64,000 nucleotides of DNA from an uncultured Thermoleophilia bacterium. Lineage in GTDB: Bacteria; Actinomycetota; Thermoleophilia; UBA2241. This document shows, one piece after another, positions 1 to 10,295 of the stretch. The notes under the pieces are model-generated. The model saw nothing but the letters and a program-made list of their open reading frames with translations. It ran no database searches and was not told the DNA's origin. Position numbers and translations under genes: made by a program. The stretch is taken from assembly GCA_963709635.1 (NCBI GenBank), contig CAVPXA010000033.1, forward strand, positions 6,558 to 70,557, read 5' to 3'. Numbering within the stretch: the first letter of the stretch is position 1; each line of letters begins with the position of its first letter.

Positions 1-725
1 GCGCGCTGGCCGACGGCCGCATCCGCCACCTCGGCTTCAGTTTCCACGGCCTCTACGAAGACTTCGAGACGATCCTGGCCGCCACCGACCTCTGGGAGTT
101 CGTCCAGATCCAGTTCAACTACATGGACGAGGACTACCAGGCCGGCCGCAAGGGGCTGGAGCTGGCGGCCGGCAAGGGCCTCGGCGTCATCGTCATGGAG
201 CCGGTGCGCGGCGGGGCGATCGCGCGCAACGTGCCGCCGCAGGTGCAGGCCGTGTGGGACGAGGCGCCCATCAAGCGGTCTCCGGCCGAATGGGCGCTCC
301 AGTGGGTCTGGAACGAGCCGGAGGTGTCGTTCCTCCTCAGCGGCATGAGCACCATGCAGCACGTGGAGGAGGACCTCCTGTTCGCGGATCGCTCGCGACC
401 GGGGCTCCTGACGCCCGACGAGCTCGCGCTGGTGGCGCGCGTGCGCGACCTGTACCGCGAGCTCAGCCCGATCCCCTGCACGTCGTGCCGGTACTGCATG
501 CCCTGCCCGCAGGGCGTGGCCATCCCCGACGTGTTCGAGCTCTACAACGACGCCCACATGTTCGACAATCTCCCGCGCCAGCAGATGGCGTACCGGGTGT
601 TCTTCTCCGAGAACGAGCGCGCCGACCAGTGCACCGCCTGCGGGGAGTGCGTGGACAAGTGCCCGCAGGGCATCGACGTCCCCGCGTGGCTGGAGAAGGC
701 CCAGGCGTTCCTGACCGCCTGCTGA
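1..725 (+). CDS. aldo/keto reductase family protein with C-terminal 4Fe-4S ferredoxin-type domain (5' end outside window)
   Basis: Frame open from base 3 (ALADGRIRHLGFSFHG...FVQIQFNYMD) to TGA 723-725. An AKR-type core is followed by two Cys clusters, CTSCRYCMPCP and CTACGECVDKCP. Confidence 0.8.
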   Translation, partial: ALADGRIRHLGFSFHGLYEDFETILAATDLWEFVQIQFNYMDEDYQAGRKGLELAAGKGLGVIVMEPVRGGAIARNVPPQVQAVWDEAPIKRSPAEWALQWVWNEPEVSFLLSGMSTMQHVEEDLLFADRSRPGLLTPDELALVARVRDLYRELSPIPCTSCRYCMPCPQGVAIPDVFELYNDAHMFDNLPRQQMAYRVFFSENERADQCTACGECVDKCPQGIDVPAWLEKAQAFLTAC

Positions 726-808
726 CGCCCGCTCCTTCCGCACGTTCCGACTCACACTCCCCGGGGGTATGCTGCGCGCAGGGGCGAGAGGGGCCGAAGG
801 GAGCGTGC

Positions 809-2991
809 GTGAGCGTCCGTATCCTGTTCGTCGAGGACAGCCAGGATGACGTCGAGCTGCAGCTGCGCCGTCTGCGCGAGGCGGGCCTGGAGCCGCACTG
901 GGACCGGGTGCAGACCGAGGACGGCCTGAAGCAGGCGCTGGCCGACGAGTCCTGGCAGGTGGCGCTCGTCGACTACAACATCCCGGCTTCTCGGGCATCG
1001 CGGCTCTGCGACTCATCGCGGAGCTGGCGCCCGACCTGCCGGCCGTCACCGTATCCGGCGCCATCGACGAGGACACCGCCGTGGCCACCATGTCGGCCGG
1101 GGCCGTGGACTACGTGCTCAAGGACAACCTGATCCGCCTGGCGCCGGCGGTGCGCAGGGCCGTCGACGGCGCCGACCTGCGCCGCGCCCACCGCCGGGCG
1201 GCCGAGGCGGCGCGGCTTGCGCTGTTCGCCGTCGACCACGCCTCGCTGGCCATCACCACGGTCGCCCGTGACGGGACCGTGGTCTACGTCAACGACTGCG
1301 CCTGCAGGACGTTCACGGGCGAGCGGGCGACCTCGTCGGCAGATGATCTGGGATCTCGACCGAGCGGTGCTGCGGGAGTCCTGGGGGGAGACCTGGGCCC
1401 GGGTGGTGGCCGAGGGGGCGATCGAGTTCCGCGTGGACCGGCGGCAGGCCGACGGCAGCCGCCTCGTCCTGGACGTCACGGCCAACTACCTCGAGGCCGC
1501 GGACGTCCTCGTGACTTACGGCCGCGACATCACCCGCCGCGTGGTGGCCGAGGAGTCGCTCCAGGCCGAGCAGATCAACCTGGAGGCGATCTTCGAGGCG
1601 TCTCCCGTCGCGATGCTCGTGTGTGATGCCGGCGCGAACGTCGTGCGCGTGAACAGGGCGGCGCTGCGCCTGGCGGGCAGTGACGAGCAGCGGCTGCTGC
1701 GAGCACCAGCCCGACAGCGAGGTGCAGTGCGGCGACGTGCTCGGCGTGCGTGCACCACCTCGAGGCGGGGGATGGCTGCGGCACGTCGACTGAGTGCCCG
1801 CTGTGCCCGCTGCGCAACGCGGTCGCCGGCCGTGCTCGAGGCGGCGGTCGCATGCGCGGGGTCGAGCTCTCGCTGGACGTGCTGCGGGACGGCGAGCCGG
1901 ACGAGGTCTGGTTGCGCATCGGCGCGGAGCCGATGGTCATGGACGGCGCGCCGCACGTCACCGTCGCCCTGGACGACATCACCGACCGCCGCCGCGCGGA
2001 GCGGGACGCTGCGGAGAGCGAGGAGCGGTTCGAACAGTTCGCTGATCACTTCCCGGGCTACTTCGTACATGAAGGATGCCGACCTTCGCGTACGTGTACA
2101 CTGAATCGTCCCGAAGCGACTGACGGCGGAGTCGTCAGTGCGTCGTGGCTCGGCAAGCGGCCCCGGAGGTCTGGCCGAGCCAGAGGCGGCGGATCGCCGA
2201 CGTCAGGCTGCGAGCGGCTCTGCGCCGGCGACATGGTCGACGAGCTCGTCCGCATCGGCGGCGCAGCGGGCGAGGTCGAGCACTTCCACTCAGTGCACCT
2301 TCCGCATCCCGCCGCGGCGAGAGGCCTCCGCTCGTCGGCGGGCTCATGCGTCGACGTGACCCAGCAGGTCGAGGCCGAGGAGGAGGTGCGCCGCCAGGCG
2401 GAGCAGCTGCGGCGCACCGTCGAGGGCGCGGTGCTCGCCATGAGCCAGGTGGTGGAGACGCGCGACCCCTACACCGCCGGCCACGAGCGCCGCGTCGCCG
2501 AGCTCGCGACGGTGCTCGGCCGGGAGCTGGGCATGGACGGCGGCCGAGCTCGACGGGCTCCGGCTCGGCTCGCTGATCCACGACATCGGCAAGATCGCGG
2601 TGCCCGGCGGAGATCCTCGCCAAGCCGGGCCGCCTCAGCCCGGTCGAGTTCAACCTCATCAAGCAGCACGCAGTCCGGGTACGAGATCCTCTCGGTGATC
2701 GACTTCGGCCGGCCGGTGGCCGAGATGGTGCTGCAGCATCACGAGCGCCTCGACGGGTCCGGCTACCCCAAGGGCTTGACGGCGGCGAGCGAACTCCTGC
2801 TCGAGACGCGCATCCTCGCCGTCGCCGACGTGGTCGAGGCCATGTCCTCACACCGGCCCTACCGCGCCGCCCTCGGGCGTGAGGCCGCCCTGGCCGAGAT
2901 CCGTGACGGCGCCGGGACGCGGTACGACCCCGACGTGGTGGCGGCCTGCGAGCGCGCGATGGTGGAGGGCGGCTTCCGCTTCTCGCCCTGA
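809..2991 (+). pseudogene. response-regulator receiver / PAS / PAS / HD-GYP (c-di-GMP phosphodiesterase-type) protein, frame broken >=10 times as written
   Basis: GTG 809 with GAAGGGAG 5 nt upstream. REC domain (RILFVEDSQDDVEL..VALVDYNIP, continuing GFSGIAALRLIRELAPDLPAVTVSG only after a shift at ~985). PAS segments end in DITRR / DITDRR / DVTQQ. HD-GYP core ETRDPYTAGHERRVAEL..HHERLDGSGYPKGL..SHRPYR. The homology trail hops between all three + frames near 985, 1325-1350, 1700-1830, 2060-2340 and 2540-2690. Confidence 0.75.
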
Positions 2992-3027
2992 GCTCCGCCG
3001 GAGCCGCGCCGCGGCGCCGCGCGGGGC

Positions 3028-3183
3028 TCAGACGGCCGCGGGGAGCAGCAGGGAGAGCCAGGTCCCCAGCGCCAGCGCGAGGAGCACGAGGACCACGGCT
3101 GCCAGCAGCCAGACGGCCGGGTCCGGCCCCGGCGCCTCCTGTGCTCGCGCCTGCGCTCGCTGCGGATGTGCGCGTCGTTCCAC
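3028..3183 (-). CDS. possible 51-aa single-pass membrane peptide (hypothetical)
   Basis: GTG 3183 to TGA 3028, below the ORF-track size cutoff. Sequence VERRAHPQRAQARAQEAPGPDPAVWLLAAVVLVLLALALGTWLSLLLPAAV has a charged N-terminus plus one hydrophobic helix. It lies 93 nt downstream of the beta-propeller gene and is co-directional with it. No convincing SD. Confidence 0.25.
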   Translation of the reverse strand: MERRAHPQRAQARAQEAPGPDPAVWLLAAVVLVLLALALGTWLSLLLPAAV

Positions 3184-3276
3184 TTCGTCGCCCCCGATCG
3201 AAGCTTCCTCCTACGCCCTGTATCGGCGCTGGCGGGCGTGGCGAAACCGGGGCGCCGTTCAGGGCGCGCGGACCTG

Positions 3277-4347
3277 CTACTTCACGCGCGCCCCGTAGAT
3301 GTGGATGTGCGTGAGCACGCGCCGCGCCGGGCCCGCCTCCCACACCACGCGGTGGCCGCTGATGGCGGGGAAGAGGTTGGTCTGCTTGGCGACCCCGATG
3401 GAGACGACGTTGGTGCTGCGCACGACATTGCGCACGTAGATCTTGGCGCCGGCGACGTAGGTGATGACGAACTCACCGCCGTGGCCGCCGCCGTCCCAGG
3501 TCACGAGCTCGCCGTCGATCCGCGGCCGTGAGCCCTTGTGCACGAAGCTCCGCTTGTGGGTCTTGAGGTCGCGCAGCATGACGCGCCCGCCCGACTCCCA
3601 CCACACCACGCGGTTGTGGCTGATGTCGGGCATCCACTCGAAGGCGTCCTTCTGCGAGATGATGAACGGGTCGCCGGAGGGGAGGTTGCGGGCGCTGATG
3701 TTGCCCTTGGCAGAGGTGTACACGGCGGTGTACACGATCTTGCCGGACCCCAGCCTGCGCCAGTCGACGCTCACGGGGCTCAGCACCTTGCTCGTCGCGA
3801 TGAGGTAGGTCTTGCCCGCGTCGATGTCGCGCGCCTTGACCTCGTACGGCCCGGCGGCGTCGTCGGCCTCGAGCCAGACGACCCAGTTGTCGGAGATGTC
3901 CGGGTACCACTTGATGCGGGCGTTCCTCGGCGACCAGGAAGTTGCGCGCCCGGTGATGTCGCGCCCGTAGATGTCGCTCGCCTCGCCGCTCGGGTGGTTG
4001 CGCTTGTCGACCCAGACGGCGACGTAGTGGACCTTGCCGGAGGACAGCACCCGCCGGGTGACCGACGGGTTGTCCTGCTGCGCCTCGTTGGTGCACACGG
4101 CGTAGTCCTTGCCGGTGCCGATGTCCCGGCCGTAGATGTCCAGGTTGCCGTTGCGGTTGTCCGTCCACACGGCCATGGCGCCGGCGATGTCCGGACCCGC
4201 CTGGCCGCCGAACTGGTTGCACACGACGAACGGCACGGGGGCCGCGGCGGCCACCGCCGGCAGCGCCGCCGCCGACGCGACGACCAGCATCGCGACGACG
4301 AGTACCCACCACGTGTGCGCGACCGTGCGCGAACAGCACCTGCTCAT
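3277..4347 (-). CDS. secreted beta-propeller repeat protein (TolB/PD40-like VW.D.R.GN.DIY repeats)
   Basis: ATG 4347 (codon 124 of track ORF 3277..4716) with AAGGAGG 8 nt upstream. Signal peptide HTWWVLVVAMLVVASAAALPAVAAA. About 7 repeats, e.g. MAVWTDNRNGNLDIYGRDIGTGK, YVAVWVDKRNHPSGEASDIYGRDI, WVVWLEADDAAGPYEVKARDI, RVVWWESGGRVMLRDL. Confidence 0.8.
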   Translation of the reverse strand: MSRCCSRTVAHTWWVLVVAMLVVASAAALPAVAAAAPVPFVVCNQFGGQAGPDIAGAMAVWTDNRNGNLDIYGRDIGTGKDYAVCTNEAQQDNPSVTRRVLSSGKVHYVAVWVDKRNHPSGEASDIYGRDITGRATSWSPRNARIKWYPDISDNWVVWLEADDAAGPYEVKARDIDAGKTYLIATSKVLSPVSVDWRRLGSGKIVYTAVYTSAKGNISARNLPSGDPFIISQKDAFEWMPDISHNRVVWWESGGRVMLRDLKTHKRSFVHKGSRPRIDGELVTWDGGGHGGEFVITYVAGAKIYVRNVVRSTNVVSIGVAKQTNLFPAISGHRVVWEAGPARRVLTHIHIYGARVK

Positions 4348-4593
4348 GAGCGCCCCCCTCCTTGTCCTCCGACACTGCACCCATCGTACCCCGGACTGCC
4401 TCTTGCCAGCCGCCCTTCGTGCCGCACGCTCGCGTCCCCGGCGCCGGCGGGAGATGTGCCCAGGGCGACCAGGCAGGGACCCATGCGCAAAGGGGACTCG
4501 GTCCCGCGAGGTCGGGAAGCGGTGCTCATCCGGGGCCCCGCCGCACCGCCGATGCCATGAGTGAAGGCAAGGCAGACCTTGGAGGAGGTCATC

Positions 4594-5261
4594 ATGAACG
4601 GCGTGCGGACGACGAAGGCGACGGCTCTGCTGGTGCTGCTCGCCGGCGCCCTGTTCGTCATCGCCCTCGCCCCCGCGAGTGCGCTCGCCGCCTGGACCGA
4701 CGCCCGGGCGACGCATCGTCCGATCCCCTCGGGACCGGCGTGGTGCCGTTCCTCAACGTCGGCGTGACCAACCACGCGAGCAACGACACCGCTCACGTGA
4801 CCAGCGTCCAGTTCTCCGACGACGGCGAGTCGTGGTACGCCGAGCCCTACACCGGTCAGTCCTGCGACTGGGTGCTGGGCGGGGAGTCCGGGCACAAGGA
4901 GCTCTTCGTGCGCTTCGGCGCTTCGGACGGCAGCGTGAGCCCGGTCGTCACCGCGACCATCGACGTCGACACCGCCGGCCCCGTCACGCTGGCCCGATCC
5001 GCCCGCGCGGCCGCGGGTGGCCGCACCGCGCTGCGCTACGCCGTGAAGGACGCCGGCTCGTCGCGCGTGGACGTCACCCTGGTCGTGAAGGGCAAGGGCC
5101 TGACCAGGCGCGTAGAGCTCGGCCGTGTGGCGACGGGTGGTCACCGCGCCCTCGTCAAGCTGGGGCTCCACAAGGGCACGTATACGTGGCGCGTGCTGGC
5201 GACCGACCTCGCCGGCCGCGACCAGGTGCGACAGGTGGCCGGCACGCTCGTGCTTCGCTGA
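4594..5261 (+). pseudogene. secreted surface protein with two Ig-like modules, one frame break just after the signal peptide
   Basis: ATG 4594 with GGAGGAGG upstream. Signal peptide TKATALLVLLAGALFVIALAPASALA (ORF 4561..4767). After a 1-nt shift near 4700-4712 the ORF 4362..5261 frame continues (VTSVQFSDDGESWYAEPYTGQSCDWVLGGESGHKELFVRFGASDGSVSP; ALRYAVKD..GTYTWRVLATDLAGRDQ) to TGA 5261. Confidence 0.7.
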
Positions 5262-5268
5262 CGAACCC

Positions 5269-5292
5269 GCCGCGCCGCCTCGGCGGCGCGGC
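5269..5292 (+). terminator. GC-rich hairpin after the 4594-5261 gene
   Basis: GCCGCGCCG / CGGCGCGGC 9-bp stem starting 8 nt after the stop codon, between convergent genes. No clear U-tract. Confidence 0.35.
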
Positions 5293-5310
5293 CCCAAGTC
5301 CCCCTGGTGC

Positions 5311-5338
5311 ATGGACGGCGACTCCCCCCGCCGTCCAT
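5311..5338 (-). terminator. hairpin after the RDD-family gene
   Basis: ATGGACGGCG / CGCCGTCCAT 10-bp stem with an 8-nt loop, 8 nt beyond the RDD gene stop (5346) on the minus strand. Confidence 0.35.
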
Positions 5339-5345
5339 CGCCATG

Positions 5346-6392
5346 TCAGGAGGGGGCCGCCTCCGTCCGCGCCACCGCGAGGAACGCCGCGTGGACGGAG
5401 TCGTCGTCCGCGGCGCCGAAGTACGGCCCGAGCTCGGTGAGCACATGGACGAGGTCGGGATGCGCGGCGGTGGCCTGCTCGGGCGTGAGCCCGGCCGCGG
5501 CCGCCGCCGGCTCCAGGCCGGCCCGCGCGTCCTTGAGCGCCGCGACTGCGTCCGTGAGCGTGAACCACGCGCTGACGTAGGCCTCCGAGTAGCCGCCGGT
5601 CTGCTCGCCGCCGTCGGCGAGCTCACGCTCCGAGAACGTGAGGTAGGTGAGGTGCGCGCCTCGGGCGGCGAGAGCGGCGGTCTTGAGGCGCGCGAGCGCG
5701 GCGTCGATCGCGGGCGGCTCGGGAGCCTGCTGGGCCGCCGCGCCGGGGACCGCCGGCCATGCCGCGCCGGGCGAGACCGGCGGCGGCGGGGGCGGCGTCC
5801 CCTGCGCGGAGGACGGCGGCGGTGGTGGAGGCTGACCGAGCGGCTGCGCTTGGCCGGGGACGCGGTACGCGACGGCGACGCGCGCCGGCCGTCGCACGAC
5901 CACCGTGCGCGCCACACGATCGCCTAGCCTCTGCCGGCGGGGGCTCGCGAGGCACGCCAGACCGGACGGCACGTAGAGGAACATCGCCTCGGGGATGCGG
6001 ATGAGGTTCCTGAGCACGACGGCGAGGCCCGTGGCGCGAGTGCCGTCGGCCATGACCACGCGCGTCCCGAGCACGAGCTTGCCGATGCTGGCGTGGAAGA
6101 TCGCCTCGAGCAGCAGGTAGTAGATGAAGAGACTGCCGAACAGGACGAGGTAGAACATCAGCGACGAGACGTCCTGCACCTGCTCGTTGAGGAGGGTCTG
6201 GACGGCGAGCGTGTCCTGCGGGTCGATGCCCTTCTCCATGACAAGGCTGTAGGCCCAGATGGTGCCTACGACCAGGAAGACGACGAGCAGCACGAACGAG
6301 TCCACGGCCACCGCCGCGACGCGCAGCCCGAGACTGGCGTACTGGACCTGTTCCTGTGGAGGGGCCTGCTGCATGGCTGGGCGATTGTACAC
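5346..6392 (-). CDS. RDD-family membrane protein with Pro-rich linker and unknown C-terminal domain
   Basis: RDD pattern (GLRVAAVAVDSFVL ... RRQRLGDRVARTVVV) with 3 hydrophobic helices, then GQPPPPPPSSAQGTPPPPPPV and a ~130-aa soluble tail. The GTG 6392 start overlaps a TACAAT box, so ATG 6374 (MQQAPP) is an alternative start. Confidence 0.8.
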   Translation of the reverse strand: MYNRPAMQQAPPQEQVQYASLGLRVAAVAVDSFVLLVVFLVVGTIWAYSLVMEKGIDPQDTLAVQTLLNEQVQDVSSLMFYLVLFGSLFIYYLLLEAIFHASIGKLVLGTRVVMADGTRATGLAVVLRNLIRIPEAMFLYVPSGLACLASPRRQRLGDRVARTVVVRRPARVAVAYRVPGQAQPLGQPPPPPPSSAQGTPPPPPPVSPGAAWPAVPGAAAQQAPEPPAIDAALARLKTAALAARGAHLTYLTFSERELADGGEQTGGYSEAYVSAWFTLTDAVAALKDARAGLEPAAAAAGLTPEQATAAHPDLVHVLTELGPYFGAADDDSVHAAFLAVARTEAAPS

Positions 6393-6699
6393 GCGCGGCG
6401 CGGTCCGGCGTCGCGGAAGGCGAGACGGAGCTCAAGATTGGGAGCTCCGCGGCCGATGCCCAGAGCAAGCCGGCGCCGGGGGACGAACCTAGCGCCGTGA
6501 CAGTACGTCTCTGATGAGACACACACTGCGTCACCTTTGTGAACGCCGAACGGCACAGTGGCCGGCCGGCACAGTCAGGTGGGAGGTAGGCCATAGGAGC
6601 TTCGGCCGCGCTACAGGCGTCGAACCTGCCCGCAGCGGGCTTTGACATCAAGAACGCCGGGGGGCATGGGGCACTCCGGCTGTCGACAGGAGGAATCGC

Positions 6700-7333
6700 A
6701 TGAGGAATTCGGGCCGTCTTGCGCTGCTCGCGCTCGCAGTGGTGCTCTTGGTAGCTGGTGTTCGCGGTGCCGGCACAGGCCGCCACCGTCAAGTCGGGTA
6801 GCTCGCAGATGACCATCGGGGCCGTCTACGTGACGGAGCTTGCCAAGCTCAACGTGACCCCAGGGCCGGTCGCTCCGGTGACGATGAAGGTCAAGTTCAC
6901 ATCCAAGGACCAGATGTACTACTGGTTCCGCGTGCCCATGGTGAAGACGTCCGGCAAGTACACCTCCAACTGGTCGCCGAGCACCGGCAAGGGCACCTTC
7001 TACCACAGCGGTTCGATCCGCTTCGTGGAGGCGAGCGGGGCCATGCACAAGATCTTCCGCGCCGAGGGCATCCGCATCATCGCCAACAGCAAGACGAACT
7101 ACACGATGTCGGTGAGTTACAAGCCGACCACGGGGCCGTATGAGCGCGTGAACCTCGCGACGTCGACGCACGAGCCCAAGATCACGCACAGCGGCAAGTC
7201 GTACAAGATCGACGGTCTGCAGTTCTAGCTCACCCAGGCCGGTCATGACGCGATCAAGAGCGTCCTTGGCGCCGTAAGCTTCGACAAGACCAAGATCATC
7301 TTCACGACGGACCTGCTGCCGGTACTGCAGTAA
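6700..7333 (+). pseudogene. secreted Lys/Thr/Ser/Tyr-rich protein of unknown function; frame break in signal peptide plus in-frame TAG
   Basis: ATG 6700 with AGGAGG 7 nt upstream. MRNSGRLALLALAVVLL (frame 1) joins LVFAVPAQA|ATVKSG (ORF 6758..7228 frame) after a shift near 6745-6760. After TAG 7226-7228 the same frame continues for 34 codons with strong GC3 bias (LTQAGHDAIKSVLGAVSFDKTKIIFTTDLLPVLQ) to TAA 7331-7333. Confidence 0.6.
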
Positions 7334-7359
7334 GGGGAGCCGACCAGCGAAGCCTCGAG

Positions 7360-7403
7360 GAGGGGGCGGCGGCGGGCACGGGAGTGCTCGCCGCCGCCCC
7401 CTC
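7360..7403. terminator. long GC hairpin between convergent genes (bidirectional terminator candidate)
   Basis: GAGGGGGCGGCGGCG (7360-7374) pairs with CGCCGCCGCCCCCTC (7389-7403). The inner pair GCAC/GTGC closes on a GGGA loop. It is followed by GGCGTTTCTC. Confidence 0.5.
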
Positions 7404-7431
7404 GGCGTTTCTCAGGGCGGTGAGGCGCCGC

Positions 7432-7824
7432 TCAGGAGTCGAGGACGTCCTCGAGCAGCGGCGCCAGCGGCGGCAGGTCGCCGCGCACGGTCTGCCAGAG
7501 GATGTCGTCGTCGATGCCGAAGTACTCGTGCACCACCACGTTGCGCATGCCGCGCATGGTGCGCCACGGCACCTCGGGGTGCTTGCCCAGGACCACGTCG
7601 GGGATCCAGCGCACCGACTCGCCCATCGTCATGAGGTTCCGCACGACGGCGTCGCGCGTGCGCCCGTCGGCGACGAACTCCTCGTAGGTCATGCCGTCGG
7701 TGTACTCGGCGACCGCGTCCACGGCGGCGAGGATGTCGCGCACGCGGAAGCGCCAGTCGCGGAAGCGCAGCTTGGCCTGGCGCTCGTCGTAGCCCGGCTC
7801 GCCCGCGCGGAGGTCAGAAGGCAC
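7432..7824 (-). CDS. hepT: HepT (DUF86) RNase toxin of a type VII toxin-antitoxin pair
   Basis: 130 aa. Rx4HxY active-site motif as RNVVVHEY. Overlaps the upstream nucleotidyltransferase gene by 11 nt. Confidence 0.85.
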   Translation of the reverse strand: MPSDLRAGEPGYDERQAKLRFRDWRFRVRDILAAVDAVAEYTDGMTYEEFVADGRTRDAVVRNLMTMGESVRWIPDVVLGKHPEVPWRTMRGMRNVVVHEYFGIDDDILWQTVRGDLPPLAPLLEDVLDS

Positions 7825-8110
7825 GGATGGCCTCCGCGACGATCTCCTCGCGCATCTCGGGCCGCAGTGCGCCGGGAGTGGCGAGGTCGATGCGCGTGTC
7901 CATGACGTTCGTGAGGAAGTCGAGCAGGCGCACGAAGGCGAAGAGGCCGACGGGCGCGTCCGGCTGGAACTCGACGAGGAGGTCGACGTCGCTGTGCGGG
8001 GTGGCCTGGTTGCGTGCCGTGGATCCGAACACGGCGATGTGGCGCACGTGGTAGGTGCGCAGCTTCTCGCGGTTGCGGTTGAGGCGCCGCAGCGCTTCGC
8101 GGGACGTCAT
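7814..8110 (-). CDS. mntA: MntA nucleotidyltransferase antitoxin (minimal NTase)
   Basis: 98 aa. GS-x-AR...DxD NTase motif as FGSTARNQATPHSDVDLLV. First gene of the pair. A TACCAT box (8117-8122) lies 6 nt upstream of the ATG. Confidence 0.85.
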   Translation of the reverse strand: MTSREALRRLNRNREKLRTYHVRHIAVFGSTARNQATPHSDVDLLVEFQPDAPVGLFAFVRLLDFLTNVMDTRIDLATPGALRPEMREEIVAEAIRAF

Positions 8111-8143
8111 GGCGGTATGGTAGCCGACCGCGCCGCGGGCCGC

Positions 8144-9308
<1,165 letters not shown>

Positions 9309-9434
9309 GCAGCGACCCAGCCCGGCGCCGTCGTGCCGCTTCGGGCGAGGATGGGTGGTGGGCGGCCCCGGGGCCGTCAGGCGATGATAGGGACCACGGG
9401 GACGTTCGCATCCACATCGGGTACGGATGACATC

Positions 9435-10275
9435 ATGACCCAGACACCGCCGACCGTCGAAGAGTTCTACCGCGGCATGGGCCGTCAGGTGGTGCGGTTC
9501 TACGGCCGCACGCCGGGGTCGACGTGCGTGGTGGCGCCCTTCTCCATCCTCGGGTGCAGCGGTCTGGACAGTGTCTTCCTCAACTGCGGCGTGGTGTTCG
9601 GCGACGGGCCCAGGCGCGAGGACGCAGCCGAGGAGCGGCTGCGCGAGTTCGTGGCGCGCATCCGTGAGCTCGGGGTCGGCGGCTACGTCTGCATGAGTGA
9701 GCCGGTGCAGCAGAGGCTCGAGCCGCTCGCTCGCGAGATCGGACTCGAGCCCTTGGATCCGATCCCGCTGATGACGCGCGGTACGGAGGCGCCGGAGACC
9801 GCGCCGCCCGGAGGCGGCTCGGCCGCGGAGGCCGGCGTCCGACCGGCGCTCGACCCCGCGGCGTTCACCATCGAGCGCGTCCGCACGGAGGGCGACCTGA
9901 GGGACTTCCTGGCGGTCAGCGAGGCCGCCTTCGGCCTGCCGGCCGGACTGTACGGGCGGGTGGTGACGCGGGACCTCCTCGCCGACCCGGCGCTCAGCGT
10001 GTACCTGTGCCGGCTCGAGGGCGCCCCGGTGGCCGGCGTGTGCGTCGTCGACGACGACGGGCTGGCCGGCATCTCCGGCATGGCCACTCTGCCCGACCTG
10101 CAGGGCCGCGGCATCGGCAGCGTCCTCCTGGCGCACACCATCGGGACTTCACCGCGCCGGCGCTCGCGCGTTGTACCTCACGGCCAGCGAGGCCGGCCAG
10201 CCCCTCTACCGGCGGCACGGCTTCGCCACGGTGGACGCCGCGACGGCGTGGGTGGTGCCGCCGCCGCGCGTCTGA
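9435..10275 (+). pseudogene. GNAT-family N-acetyltransferase (two-domain), two frame breaks near the C-terminus
   Basis: ATG 9435 (codon 87 of track ORF 9177..11678). GNAT core ...VCVVDDDGLAGISGMATLPDLQGRGIGSVLLAHTI, then RDFTA in a second frame and GARALYLTASEAGQPLYRRHGFATVDAATAWVVPPPRV in the third, ending TGA 10273-10275. Shifts at ~10140-10165. Confidence 0.75.
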
Positions 10276-10295
10276 GCGCGCGCCCGTGGCCCGCG

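Noticed and set aside
7226-7228. In-frame TAG as programmed readthrough, pyrrolysine or a reassigned stop
   Set aside because: TAG is used as an ordinary stop by other genes here (e.g. yvcK, the zinc-ribbon protein, DUF2284). There is no pyl machinery or recoding signal. With the indel load of this sequence, a substitution or a simple nonsense mutation is more parsimonious.
9435-10275. GNAT gene as a possible GNAT-type toxin of a TA pair
   Set aside because: At ~280 aa with an extra N-terminal domain it is much larger than TacT/AtaT-type toxins. No small RHH/DUF1778-like antitoxin ORF precedes it.
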